A stretch of 64,000 nt of DNA from Octopus sinensis (taxonomy: Eukaryota). The translations under genes were made by a program, and so were the position numbers. Positions 36,935 to 49,739 of this stretch are shown here, in pieces. The stretch lies in assembly GCF_006345805.1 (NCBI RefSeq), contig NW_021833258.1, positions 1 through 64,000 on the forward strand, given 5' to 3'. Positions within the stretch are counted from its first letter, which is position 1; each line of letters begins with the position of its first letter. Below the pieces are notes generated by a model. That model was not told where the DNA came from. It did no database searches and saw nothing but the letters and a program-made list of their open reading frames with translations.

Positions 36935-37280
36935 TAAAAATTGACCGATTAAAAAATGTGACCGGTGTTTGAGCGGACCAGGTTCGTATATTTTTTTTTT
37001 TTGATTAAAATTTTCATTTAATTTTCTAATTAATGGGGAATAAGTTATACACGAATTAATAAAGAGCCTGGAGGTCAGCTCAAAGTCGCCGCACTGCGTA
37101 TCGAATGGCAGTTTCCGCGGAAAATGGTTCGTATATTAAAATAAAAAATGGATAAACTAATTTATTCTTATTTGAAAAAAATGTGACCGGTTTTTGAGCG
37201 GACCAGGTGCGTATATTAAAATAAAAAATGGATAAACTAATTTATTTTCAAAAAATTTACCTAAAAATAAAAAAATTGAC
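36935..37280. repeat. Degenerate local repeats (about 80-bp modules)
   Basis: AAAAAATGTGACCGGT.TTTGAGCGGACCAGGT.CGTATATT occurs twice (about 36951, 37177). CGTATATTAAAATAAAAAATGGATAAACTAATTTATT occurs twice (about 37130, 37210). Confidence 0.7.
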
Positions 37281-37330
37281 CAGCGGTTCTCAAACCTTTT
37301 TTAGACTGAAGACCACCTTAAATAGAATAA
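37281..37330. mobile_element. Solo hAT terminal inverted repeat
   Basis: CAGCGGTTCTCAAACC matches the hAT TIR type in this window; no partner end or TSD found. Confidence 0.45.
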
Positions 37331-37489
37331 TTTTTTTTTCTACTAGCGCACAATTTTTGGCCTCATCGGGGGCATTTTTTTGCAATTAAATGGTATAGTT
37401 AAAATTTAATAATAAACGTAAAACAATTTATTTTTAATTTGAATTAGTAGGGTTTTTGGCCCCAATTTGCTTTGTTTCCTACGTGGTTT

Positions 37490-37630
37490 GGAGAGAAGAA
37501 TTGCCAAAAGAAGGGACGACCTGAGAGAGTCCTTTTGGCTTCTTCAACGCTTCATCATTGCCATAATCCGCGGCAACTGTTTCGCAATCCGTGATGTTGG
37601 GAGGGCGTCCTAAACTGCGTAATCTTAAAC
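37490..37630 (+). mobile_element. CRE-type RLE 3' remnant
   Basis: IAKRRDDLRESFWLLQRFIIAIIRGNC. Confidence 0.6.
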
Positions 37631-38099
37631 AAACTTTCTTTTTTTCTAACATTCTGGATGAAATTTTAACTATTAAAAAAATTTATTTTCACGATTTCGA
37701 ATTGCCTGAGACTCTTTGGAGAAGATGAAGAGTCTCGTTGTGGTTTTTGCTTTTCTTAGCGATCTTCGTCCCCAGCCAACGAAAAAAAAGAAAGTGATTC
37801 CGGACCGATTACCCCTAATTTCTCGGCGGCTATTGGCGCAAAAATTTGATTTCTAGTCAGGAACGAGTATTTTTTTGATTTTATGAGCTTTACGAGTTTT
37901 GCCGCCGAGCCGGGCTCAGCAACTGATGAGACATAAAAAATATCATAACAGACAATTTAGCAATAATTCGGTGAGATTTCTGATCTTTTTGTTCAGAATA
38001 ATTATACTTACTGGTTCTGGTTCTATGTTGTATGTCTGGTTTTATGTTGGACAAAGCTACTTGCATATCATCTTATACCTGTGGTTATTTCTATATTTT

Positions 38100-39600
38100 G
38101 TTTTTATCGCCGACCACTTCAAGAGACGACTCCAAACAGATGACACTTATACAACCACATTAATTGGTCATCCGCGAGGTTTATTGAACGAAATAACACT
38201 CTCGGAGGTCCTAGAAGCATTTCACCGTATGAACAATAACAGAGCTGCAGGATATGATGGAGTCCCAGGGGAACTACTCATATACGCTCCCAACAGTCTA
38301 GCGAGCTTTTTCGCACAGATACTGAACAAGGCGTTTGCCCAACACTGCCCACTTCCAATCGGGACAGGAATAATAATACCCGTCCAGAAACCGGGCAAAC
38401 AATGGGGACCCTGTGGAAGCCTGACACCGGTTGTATTAGTCACCTTTCTAAGGAAAACTCTATCGACTATTGTTCGAAACCGAATATCAAGATCAGTTGA
38501 TCGTTATCTCTTGCAGTCAGAGTGGCTTCAGACCTGGAAGATCCACGGCTAATATTGTTTGGACCCATCGCTGGATCAATGCAATATGTCAGAAGTATAA
38601 ACGATCCTTTCATGTCCTGGGAATCGACATGAGCAAAGCTTTTGATAGCATCAACAGGAGTAAACTACTTATCGTGTTAAAGAACATTGTAGATGAAGAC
38701 AGTCTACGCATGATACATATGCTATTATTGGAAACTCAACTTCTTGTCAGAATTGGCCCTAAGGAGTCTAGACTATTTCCTACAAATGTTGAAACCCCAC
38801 AAGGGGACACACTATCGCCTATATTATTTATCGTCTATCTGGAGGCAGCTCTGAGAGACCTAAGAGTAGAAATTGGATGTATGGACAACCAAGTTGTGGA
38901 ACTCATATACGCGGATGATCTTGATTTTATTACGAAGGATCGGAAATTAATAGAAATTATTATGGAGAAAGCAAGAACAATTTTCGATAAATGGTCACTC
39001 AATGTCAATAAAGAGAAAACCGAAATAACCACCGTCGAACGTATGCCAACTCGCATAGATGAGAAGTGGCGAAACGTCCGAAAACTCGGATCTCTTCTTG
39101 GCGATTCCGAAGATATTACCAGACAAAAAATATTATCAACAATTGCACTTAAAAAACTTCAATCTATCTGGATGAGAAAAAACCAAATTTCGACTAAGAT
39201 GCGCATACGATTATATAAAGCATTTGTCCGACCTGTCCTCATGTACAACGCAGGTACTTGGGGACATCAAAGAAAAACATGGAGCAACTTGACTCTTTCC
39301 ACAGTGGTCAACTGAGAAAACTCCTTGGCTATTCGTGGCCGAAGAAAATATCAAATGATCAATTATACAGGTTAGCTAACTGTGGGCCTATAAGTCTAAA
39401 TACTTACGAAGGAATATGCTCGGATGCCGATTGAAGGATGCAGACGATTAGGACGAAATCAGAAAGAGGGCAAGACGACGGAAGGGATGGAAGGGTCTAA
39501 CAACAAGAATAGTTAAAAACATGGCACAAGCGAAACCATAAACTTTGTTTACTGGCAACGCGAACGTGCATTAACTAACTAACTAGATAGTAGATTGTTT
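38100..39600 (+). mobile_element. 5'-truncated non-LTR retrotransposon RT (RTE-group-like), frameshifted
   Basis: AAGYDG..ELL, QSGFRPGRST, GIDMSKAFDSI, PQGDTLSPILF, YADD, LYKAFVRPVLMY across ORFs 37899..38552 and 38470..39315. (TAAC)n near 39570. Confidence 0.85.
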
Positions 39601-39995
39601 GAGAATAAAAGTAATGATCGTTAATGATAATTGTTATATATCCTGACCAGTCATATCCAAACTAAAAAAATCTTTAAATCCACTTTACGCCAAACCCTAA
39701 CACCCGTCTTGTTGCTGTGTGAAATATTTGCTGTAACAAGTTTCAAGGTCTTTGTATTGTGATTGTTTAAAATTCTAGAACCTTTGGCTTTAATTTTTAT
39801 AAGCACGTCAAACCGACTTTGCAAGCACATGAAAGACCACTTGAACCTTACTGAGTTGCTTCCTGAATGTATCTGAGACATGATCAGAGCATGTATATTT
39901 TCCTTCTGGTCTTTTTGAGTGAAATTTTAACTTCTTGGCATCATTTCTCCTAAGAAGTTTGTATGCTTTCTCGAAGTTGGAATTTCGCTTATTTT

Positions 39996-40879
39996 ATACC
40001 ATTTTTTATACTAAATGGCATTAACACCAAACTAAGTGGAGTCAATAGAAAACAAAATGGGATTAGCAGTAAATTAATTGGAATCAATTGAAAACTTAGT
40101 GGGATTAATACCAAACAATATGGGATTAACAACAAACTAAATGGGATTAACACCAAAAAATTCATTAAAATGTAATGTTAACCATATTTACAGTGTCACC
40201 AATATTTCCCTGTATTCCAGAAATAAAGTTTACACCATTTTTAAATGTAATTGTTTTTATTCTATCTACGATTATTTTTTCAAGTATTGTCTTCAATAAT
40301 TGACAAATTTTTCCTTTTTTGAATACAATTTGGTTTTTAAAGAAAAGATGTCGCTTTTCAGATAAGCTTTTACTTTTGACCATACATTTTCGATGGGGTT
40401 AAGCATTGGAAAATCATTAAATTCTTCCAATCGAAGAACTTTGATACCACTGTGAGCTGGTGCATTTTCCAACATAATATTAACTGGAATACCATGTTTG
40501 GTCCGTGCTTACCTCAAACAATTTTTCATCTAATGAAAAGTCTGATATTTTTAAAAAGCTCCTTTTACGATGTTAAACGGGTTTGACGAGTGACGCTGTC
40601 ATCAGTGAATTTGTCTAAAAGTGACTCACACGCAAGAAAAACACGAGAAGCGTAAATCGAGATTTCAAGCAATACTTGAATTTGATATTGATAATTGTGG
40701 AAAATGTAATTCAATTTTTCGTTTTATTCCATGAAAAATAATTGTTTTATCCTGTTTGACGCATGATATTGTAAATTCGACATGCTCTTTGTTAAACTTT
40801 TTTTCATAATTGCCACCTAATCTCACTTAGTTTTTTATTGATTCCACTTAGTTTGGTGTTAATCTCATTTAGTATGGTA
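39996..40879 (-). mobile_element. Internally deleted IS630/Tc1-superfamily element
   Basis: Imperfect TIRs TACCAT..ACTAAATG(G/A)(C/G)ATTAACACCAAACTAAGTGGA with TA flanks and ATGGGATTAAC subterminal repeats. ORF LENAPAHSG..PMLNPIENVWSKVK. Confidence 0.75.
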
Positions 40880-41169
40880 TAGTTTTCTGCGTTCCGACTT
40901 CCAATTATTTTCAATATTAGTTTTGGCCATTTTTGCAATAATAAATTTGACCTTGTCAATCGTGGAACTCGTGGGCGGCTTTTACTCTCTGGGTTTCAAC
41001 TAGGTGTACAATTATTGGGGTATACTGTCGGCATCTTGGTCGTTTATTATAGTAATTAAATCACTAAAAGATAATTGTCTTGATGATTCTTTCATATCAG
41101 TAATACAAATCCCACTGAATAAGTTGAACAATTTGAATAAGCAAAATATTTTATTTATACGCCGCTGAA

Positions 41170-41630
41170 TTTCCCTCGATGTTAGAACCGATAGGACTAG
41201 ACCGTGGAGATGGAAAACGCCCTGACGGGTCGACCTTATTCCCGTTCAGGGAGGGAATGGCACTCGTGTGGGATGTTACCTGCGTAGACTCATTTTCTTC
41301 ATCATCGTTGGTTGACTCCGCTTCTCGTCCTGGATCTGCATCTGCCCTTGCCGAATCTAGGAAAACTGCAAAATATGCCTCTTTGACCGATACCTGCTGC
41401 TTCATTCCCCTGGCTTTCGAAACCAGTGGGATAATTGGACCCAAAGCCCTCAAACTCCTCTCAGAGATTGGTTTAATCATCTCGAGGAGGAGTCACGACA
41501 GTCGTGAAACGAGCTGGCTTTTTCAGCGGATATCGTTCGCGATATTACGTGGAAATTGCCTGTCCGTCCCCTCGGCGACTCATCTAAATTAGTTAACTTC
41601 TCTATTTTACTTGTTATTTTATTAAAAAAA
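41170..41630 (+). mobile_element. 5'-truncated CRE-type RLE retrotransposon
   Basis: ORF 41179..41592: EPIGLDRGDGKRPDG..WDVTCVD..AESRKTAKY..LAFETSG..WLFQRISFAILRGN. Confidence 0.9.
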
Positions 41631-43499
41631 TCATTATGGTTCTGAAAAAAAATTTGATTAACATGTTCCGACGGAACAGACAAACTTCTTTACCGCAGGA
41701 ATCTACAATCCCAAGCAAAATTCTATTCTGAACTATTATTATTTGTCATATATTATTTTTTATATTATATTGAAAACTTCAAAAATATTTGATATTTAAA
41801 TCAGAATTAAATTTTTCTTCATTACAGATTTGACAGATAGCTAGACAACCAAACCAACTCGGGGAAATTATAATACGATCTGTTCACCATCTTAAATACT
41901 TTAATTATCTTATCAATTGTATTTTTCATCAATTTACCTCAGAGGACTTTAGGTGAGAACAAGAGTTGTCTCTACAATGCACTCATACTCTTCTACAATA
42001 TAGGCTTGTAAAAGACAGAAATACTAAAAGCTGAACTTATTTCACAAAGATCAGATACTACAAATTCTGTCTTTGCGAAATCAATCTAGAGTGGTGTATA
42101 GAATCCTCTACTAGAGAACAAGAATCATGCCAATCTTGGAGGACATTCTGGAGGCAAGATGGAGACTGTCTGGAGGCAGTGGAATGTCCCCATGTACGCG
42201 GCCATGGAGAATCACTTGCCTTGTACGCAACACGCTTCGGAGGCCGGTCAAAGGCAAGGATCTCAAGCGTCTTAAAGATGGCGAGAATCTCGACATGTTA
42301 CGTGACGCGGCTCAGGATAAAGCGAAATTGAGTCTTCAATTATGTAATCCCTGAATTCGTCAATTACTGCAAAACAATAGATTTCAAAGCATGTTATCCA
42401 AAATTATCCATGAATTTTTCTCTGTTTTAAGCCGTGTTTTTAAGTGCGAATAAATAAACTTTGAAAAGTTGAGAACTGAAATTTATGTATCATTAAAAAT
42501 ATTAAAATTTTTGAGATATTAAAGAATATTGGATGTTTAATAATAATGCAATCTTTCAAAGGTGGAGTTTTAATCTACCAATTTAACACAACAATCAGAA
42601 TAATTAAACGTGATAAATAAGTCAATTTAACTTTCCTGAATCTTTTGAAGATGGAATTGAATTCTAGTGAGCTGCAGTTAAGAATCCCTGACCTAATCCA
42701 AAAAGGTTTTATGAATATAAAATTACCATTTAAAATAAATCTTAAAATAGTCGATCGATAGTCTCTTCTTAATTTTAATTTAAGCAGATCCATATAATTG
42801 ACTACAACAAATAAACCAGAACATTCTAGTTTTAACAAAAAGATAATTTGCCAAAAACCTTCCTCCGCAGACTGCAAAAAAAGAACATAGAGCGTGCGGA
42901 CCAATTGCAGCAAAAATAACTCCACCAATAAACCAGACAAAAACATTTAAAAATAATCGGAACTTACTGAGAAACAGCTACAATTGTGGAATCTGAGATC
43001 GGTCTCCCAGTTTGGCAAGAAGACTCTTTACTTTTAAGAATAGACATTATTTTCTAAAATGGGGAATCATTTTAAAATAAATATTAAAAAACTTGCATAT
43101 TGGGAACCGAATTTTAAACCATTGGATTTTTAGACCTATTTTTTGAGGGTATTTGGGTCAGAAGAATTAATTTACTTAATCATGTATTCAAACTATACAT
43201 ATATATTCTACAACATCGATAAATATAGTCACTAATGTGACCAAAAATACATTTTTCGACTAAAAACGATAATATATTCAATATAAATTCCAAATGTTTG
43301 CGCCAAAATGTATTTCTACAGCGAAATAAGTCAATGGATCATTTCATAACTTTTTTCAATTCAACTGATCAAATCAATTGTTCTTTAAACAACAAGCATT
43401 CGAGCACCCCAATCTCGAAAAACGTGACTTTCCAAACGCCGAGACAATAAAATCAAGGACTAATCCATTTGTCCGTATGCGGAAGCGTGAAGACGATTG

Positions 43500-43550
43500 T
43501 CACCCGCTCGGCGACTCATCCAAATTAGTTAACTTCTCTATTTTGTTAAT
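43500..43550 (+). mobile_element. Extreme 3' stub of the same CRE family as 41170..41630
   Basis: CTCGGCGACTCATC(C/T)AAATTAGTTAACTTCTCTATTTT is shared with 41571-41610. Confidence 0.55.
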
Positions 43551-44572
43551 GATTGTGCTAATGAATAAAAATTTCTTGTCTAAACCGTCTGTTAATACTT
43601 ACTGATATATATGATTGTAAGCAATTTAAACTTATATACTTCACATACACTCCTAATAAGTCCCTCTTTACTAAAAGACAGTTTCCTTATTCCCAGATAT
43701 GGCCAATAAAGGTACCAGTCTAATTAACCCTACGATCAAACCATTTTAATACTTTACTAAGACATGAACAAAATTTATTGAGACTTAAAAACACGTTCTA
43801 ATACTCCCAAACATCTAAAACTAACAAATCACGTGAATACCTCATGTCCCACTGTTCTACACGAGAGTACAGCACATCTATCCCAACAAGGCATCCCAGG
43901 TCACGCAAACACACCTCCCCCGACTTGCTAATCTCTTCAAATCACCCTCCTTCAATTATAATCAATATTTCTACCAATTTATAAGAAAATCGATTCAAAA
44001 AACAATTCCAAATATTCTTCAAATTTTTTCCCGCCAATTCCCTTCGCAACTCCAGGCAACATAAATAGCCAATCAGCACCAACCAAGTCACACAATGTCT
44101 TTAAGAAATCACAGTGCCTGGTATATTCCCCATAGGAGGATGCCACAGCGAGGGATGTGAGTAAATCGTGACAGTCCTCTCCACATATACTCCTCACCTC
44201 CCCCTCCTCACATTTCAAAAACTCAGCCAACAGATAGAAACATCTATGCCATTAAACTGACCCCCCAACCCTTCAGCCTCCTCCCACTCTTCAGCCTTCT
44301 TGTATAATATTGAAAGAACATCCACAAGTGTTTCTGGAGAACTTTGGAGCCAGTGACCCACATGAGTACATCTGCTGATTATTGTGCAGTTCCACGTCGT
44401 TGTCATGCACTGTCTTGGCCACTGAGAAAGTAGCCCGTCCTTTCTCGACGTTTTTAAAGCGCAACGGGACTACAGGCTGCTTCTTGATTGCGTCGAATGC
44501 GTTCGTAATCACCCGCAAAACCCGTTTAATGAAATCCACTGAGAGTATACATCTTAATAATAAAATGGTATG

Positions 44573-44616
44573 GTGTGTGTCTGTCTGTCTGTCTGTGTGT
44601 CTGTCTGTCTGTCTGT
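44573..44616. repeat. (CTGT)n/(GT)n microsatellite at the Helitron 5' end
   Basis: Directly visible; this position is typical of animal non-autonomous Helitrons. Confidence 0.9.
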
Positions 44617-44769
44617 GCACACCCACATTCAAATTGTTACAAACCAGATCAAATTGTCAAAACCTTCCCTTTTGTAGTTATTCGATAATGAGGCACAATA
44701 AAAGGTTGATATCCTCTAAGAACCTTCCTGTCAAAAAATTTTAATAAGAAAGAATATCCTCGATGATGA

Positions 44770-45630
44770 GGTCCCCCAAAACCTTCAAGTCAATTTTCTG
44801 CGTTTTTGTTAAATGAACAACAAGAAAGTCCTCGACTCACATGATGTGGTCCCCCAAAACCTTCAAGCCAAAAAATTTAAAAAAAATTATTTTCTGCGTT
44901 TTTGTTAAATGAACAACAAGAAAGTCCTCGACTCACATGATGTGGTCCCCCAAAACCTTCAAGCCCAAAAATTAAAAAAAAATATTTTCTGCGTTTTTGT
45001 TAAAATGAACGACAAGAAAGTCCTCGACTCACATGATGTGGTCCCCCAAAACCTTCAAGCCAAAAAATTTAAAAAAAATTATTTTCTGCGTTTTTGTTAA
45101 ATGAACAACAAGAAAGTCCTCGACTCACATGATGTGGTCCCCCAAAACCTTCAAGCCAAAAAATTAAAAAAAATTATTTTCTGCGTTTTTGTTAAATGAA
45201 CAACAAGAAAGTCCTCGACTCACATGATGTGGTCCCCCAAAACCTTCAAGCCCAAAAATTAAAAAAAAATATTTTCTGCGTTTTTGTTAAAATGAACGAC
45301 AAGAAAGTCCTCGACTCACATGATGTGGTCCCCCAAAACCTTCAAGCCCAAAAATTAAAAAAAATTATTTTCTGCGTTTTTGTTAAAATGAACAACAAGA
45401 AAGTCCTCGACTCACATGATGTGGTCCCTCAAAACCTTCAAGCCAAAAAATTTAAAAAAAATTATTTTCTGCGTTTTTGTTAAATGAACAACAAGAAAGT
45501 CCTCGACTCACATGATGTGGTCCCCCAAAACCTTCAAGCCCAAAAATTAAAAAAAAATATTTTCTGCGTTTTTGTTAAAATGAACGACAAGAAAGTCCTC
45601 GACTCACATGATGAGGTCCTCCACAACCTT
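44770..45630. repeat. About 9 copies of a ~96-bp tandem repeat inside the Helitron
   Basis: Unit ATGAAC(A/G)ACAAGAAAGTCCTCGACTCACATGATGTGGTCCCCCAAAACCTTCAAGCC..TTTTCTGCGTTTTTGTTAA, with two interspersed variants. Confidence 0.95.
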
Positions 45631-47905
45631 CAAGCCTCGTGAGGCCATTAATTAGCTTAGCTATCTTTTTTCGATGACATAAATTCTTTTTTGTTAAATT
45701 TTCGTTAAAAAAATAAAATAAAAGCTCTAATTGTTATCGACCATGAATAGACTGTGCAATTATCAGATTTTGAAAACCACTAAAAAGGAAAAAGCAAAAA
45801 TTATTAGAGATTTACATAATTGATTCTTTTTAACTGCCGAAACTGACAAATTCGATTATGCTACTGTTTAGATTTCTTAAAAGATAGAGGCAAATAAAAT
45901 TTAAATTAGTCATGTAATTTCAATTTGCCTATATTTAAATCTCCTTGATTTAACAGGCTTTAATTTTTTTCCTTATAATACTACAAAGATGAAGCTGATT
46001 ATCATTTTCTTTACCGAAACAGACAAGTTCGATTATGCTAAAGTTTCAATTCCTTTAAACATAGAGGCAATTAAGTATAATGGCTTTGATTGGATAATAC
46101 ACTTTACATAAATTTCACTAAATAAATTTACGTAGAAAATTTAATATAAATTACTGATTCGCGTTTACAAAATCATAAGAATGTCCTATAAAGAGAGATC
46201 TGAGAATGTTAACAAACAAGAGAATATGAACCATATAACAAAAAAAGAGAAACGAGGGAAGATGTGCTTAAATGGTGAGGGAACTTAGACAACAGCTGAA
46301 CAAGGTCAGGACTGCTGTTAGACTCAACTACGGGTAATAGAATTATGCATTCTAGGTTAATTGTTTGGGATGAATGTACGATGGCTCATAAAGGCGCATT
46401 CAAGCAGTTGACCGAACATATAGAGATATCAAGAATTGTAGCGACCATTTGTTTGGGGGAGCATTAGTTGTATTGGCAGGTGATTTTAGACAGACGCTGC
46501 CAATTATTCAAAGAGGGACGCCTGCGGATGAATTGAATGCCTGCCTCAAATCGTCATATTTGTGGACACACGTGAAAAAGGTAAGCTTAGATGTAAATGT
46601 ACATGCACATTTACAAGGCGTTAATAGCATATTCCCACAAATCCTTCTAGATATTGGAAATGGGGCAATCACTTCAGAAATGCACGACCAGAAAATTAGG
46701 CTACCGGAAGAATTATGTATTTTCGTAGAAACAGCAGAAGCATTATTGAATGCCGTCTATTCCGAACTATCTGAACACTACGTGAATTTCGACTGGCTGC
46801 GTGAACGAGCTATATTAGCTCCACTTAATGATGAGGTACTTAATATAAATTTAGATTTATTAATGAAAATCCCTGGCAGAGAAAGAATATATAAAACGGT
46901 CGACGTTATTATGGACCATGAAAGGGCCTGCGATAGATTTAAGAGACTACAATTTCCGCTGAAGATAAGTTTTGCTATGACAATAAACAAGGCCCAGGGA
47001 CAGTCTTTAAAGGTAGTAGGCTTATTTTTAGAGAACGAGTGCTTTTCACATGGCCAGCTGTATGTGGGGTGCTCAAGGGTAGGTAGAAGAGAAATTTATT
47101 TATATTTGCCAAGGATGGACGGACTGCAAACATCGTTTATCCACAGGCCTTAGAATAAGGTTATATCAAAGCAGGTCGCATTTATATATCTACATAAATT
47201 TATAGTTATTTAAGGAAACTGCGAGCGTAGCGAGCAGGGCCTCCGCAGGAGCTAGCTCGCAGTGAGCGAAGCGAACTGCTGAGCTAGTGTTATATATAAC
47301 TGTAGGCCACACACACATTAGTAATGGCCACTGCATCCCCTGAACGGACGTAGGATATGGCATCTCGGAGATTTACCAGATAAAGTGGCCACAGATGTTC
47401 AATGAATGTTCTAGAATGAATAATCAGGCATAATCACCCTCCCTCAGATGGATAGTTCAGTATAAATCTACTGCTGGAGGAATATGCAGCTGAATAATAA
47501 ATATATATTACTAACCATGTCGAACAGGCCAACTTTCGTCTCCAAATAAAGTCAAAAACATGTCAAAAAATGAATTAACATGAGGTTCCATGACTTGGTG
47601 GTCAATATATCAATTTTTGTCACATTTTGTGACCTTCAAGACCAACTCGTTCACAGCCAAACATGCTGATTCTCTCACAGCGTGATTCTCCGCCTGACAT
47701 TCCTCCAAATAATAAATAACCTGCAAAATATAACCAACCAACCACCGTCTCCTTCATGTTCTGCTCAATCAGGGACCTTCCCTCATTCCCAGTGATCTCT
47801 GGCCACGCCCTCCGAGCCAACAACCTGACTCCCTTTCCCAAATAGTGCCTATTAAGACACAAAGGTGGCAATAAAATCGATAAATATTGATTTTTCATTG
47901 ATAAA

Positions 47906-48118
47906 TCAGAACAGGAAATGGCTTAGAAGAATTGCCAGGTGGCTTCCAAAGCAGCCCGTCTGACCTGGATTAGTAAGGAGTGTGTCCTTTACTTGATTCC
48001 GTCTGACCTTCGAGATTACACCCGCACCTACCTTTCGGGTTGCATCCTTGAACTTGAGACAACCTTTGAAGTTGGCACTGTGTCCCAACTTACCACAGTT
48101 GACACAGTACCTCTTCAT
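47906..48118 (-). mobile_element. LINE ORF1-like zinc-knuckle fragment
   Basis: CVNCGKLGHSANFKGC, like the terminal knuckle of Jockey/I ORF1 proteins. Confidence 0.55.
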
Positions 48119-48120
48119 AG

Positions 48121-48545
48121 GTGGCGAGGGGCGTGCGGCATCAGGGGGTCTTTTCTAATGTCAGAACAGTCTTTCGCGGGGTCCCTCAGGGCTCTGTGCT
48201 GAGTCCCACGCTTTTTAATGTCTTTATGGCATCTGCGCCCATGCCAGTCAATGCTCGTACTGAAATGGTAATTTATGCAGACGACATGGGATCACTCGAT
48301 AAAACCTGAGTGTGCGTGTCGTAGGCTACAGGTTGCTGTGGATGGACTTGTAAACTGGTGTGGGAGTAGGGGTCTAAAGATGCGTGGGGACAAGTGCAGT
48401 GTTCTCAAAGTCTGTAGAAAAACGAGGGGTTACATTAATTACGTCCCTAGGTTATTACTGAACGGGTCAGCAATTGCTGCAGTTGATCGGATGACTTATT
48501 TGTGCGTGCTCTTTAAGCCGTCCGGTAAGTTTGATGATCATTTCA
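48121..48545 (+). mobile_element. LINE RT fragment (Jockey/I-like)
   Basis: GVPQGSVLSPTLFNVF..YADD..LQVAVDGLVNWC...GLKM..KC; one frameshift. Confidence 0.75.
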
Positions 48546-49200
48546 TGAAGTTACTGAATGCTCAAATATTGAATTCCTCTTCTTTACCTAAAAAGATGAC
48601 ACCTTATACACAGCCATTAGATATGGGGATCATACAAATATTTAAAAACTATTGCTCAAATTATTATTGCTCAAAATGTTTAGTTGAATTTTATGCTTTC
48701 TGAATATCAAAAGTGACCTTAAAGAACGTCTTTCAAAATTAAATCTTCGTCGAGTTGTGATGCTGGCTTTAAAAAATTGGAATGAAGTACGCTCTAATTC
48801 TTTCTCGATCGCGTCGGCTTCCCGCACTTGAAGCTTTTAATTAATTAACTTGTAGTTATTGGTTGGTTTTCATCATTGAAAAAAATAGTGGTCTTAATTA
48901 TTAACGATCGCCCAACTGATAAAATAATAACCGAAGCTGTAAATGAAACATTGACAGAAGCTGATGATAAAAAAACAATTGGATGCAATTCTTTTATCTA
49001 TAATGAAGATTTAGTTGAAAACGAGGATGAGGCCGAGCAACAAATTCTGCAAACTTTGAAAACTCTGGAACAGAACATTTCCTGCATAGCACGAGTCATT
49101 AAAAAATTTTACGAATTGCTAATAACAGTAATGAGAAACATCCGAAATAGATACAAAATCAATGAAAAATAACCGATTACTTCATTAAAAAGTGATTTGA
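48545..49200 (+). mobile_element. pogo/Tigger transposase C-terminal fragment related to 27157..31031
   Basis: PKKMTPYTQPLDMGIIQIFKNY versus PKNTTPYLQPLDMGIIKIFKDY in pogo family 2. Confidence 0.7.
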
Positions 49201-49221
49201 TAGATATTAATAATTATTATA

Positions 49222-49572
49222 GGGTTTTCGAATCAATATAATAATTTTTGAATATTCAATCGAACCAGCGATGGTTCGCCGACAAATAATATCTAATGAT
49301 GTAGCCATCTAAGATCTTTTTCATTCTTGGCTTTACCATGGACTACCAAGTTTTTCCATACTGAAAAAACATTTTAAATAGGATTTAAAAATGGACAGTA
49401 TGGTCATTAGATATCATTAGATATTATTTGTCGGCGAACCATCGCTGGTTCGATTGAATATTCAAAAATTATTATATTGATTCGAAAAATTATTATATTT
49501 GTTCGAAAAATTATTATGATTTGAAAAGTTATTATATTGGTTCGAAAAATTATTATATTGATCCGAAAACCC
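49222..49572. mobile_element. Foldback-type MITE
   Basis: Ends GGGTTTTCG / CGGAAAACCC-like, flanked by TATA on both sides. About 75-bp perfect internal inverted repeat (49230-49309 vs 49413-49490). Several ~21-bp TTCGAAAAATTATTATATTG repeats in the right arm only. Confidence 0.8.
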
Positions 49573-49739
49573 TATACATTTATATGGTTTAAAATAAAAG
49601 ATTTCATAATGAAAAAAGCAAAAACCCACGATTTCCGACACAAAATGCCCCAAGCCGGAATTACACTAGTATGCTAAAAATACCAGATAAGGTAGTCAAA
49701 ACAAAATTGAAAAGTCCAGACAAAATTAGTTTTTAAAAA

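Larger units (their letters stand above)
44552..47287 (+). mobile_element. Non-autonomous Helitron with both ends
   Basis: A|TC 5' end (TCTTAATAATAAAATGG) then (CTGT)n. 3' GC-rich hairpin ending CTAG|T at 47287. No TSD. Internally deleted Pif1 helicase: LIVWDECTM, FGG..VVLAGDFRQTLP, ERAILAP, QFPLKISFAMTINKAQGQSL, FSHGQLYVGCSRV. Confidence 0.9.

Noticed and set aside
40483-40511. GTAAGC donor-like site in the IS630/Tc1 element
   Set aside because: Splicing does not restore the frame to the ENAP motif; a single nonsense change explains the break.
44909-45483. Repetitive ORFs (MNNKKVLDSHDVVPQNLQA...) and the similar ones at 61061..61653
   Set aside because: They arise from ~96-bp tandem units that are sometimes a multiple of 3; homopolymer length changes break the frame between units.
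46340-46361. 22-nt GT-AG segment in the Helitron helicase
   Set aside because: The unspliced frame already reads STTGNRIMHSRLIVWDE at the expected spacing; splicing would shift the frame.
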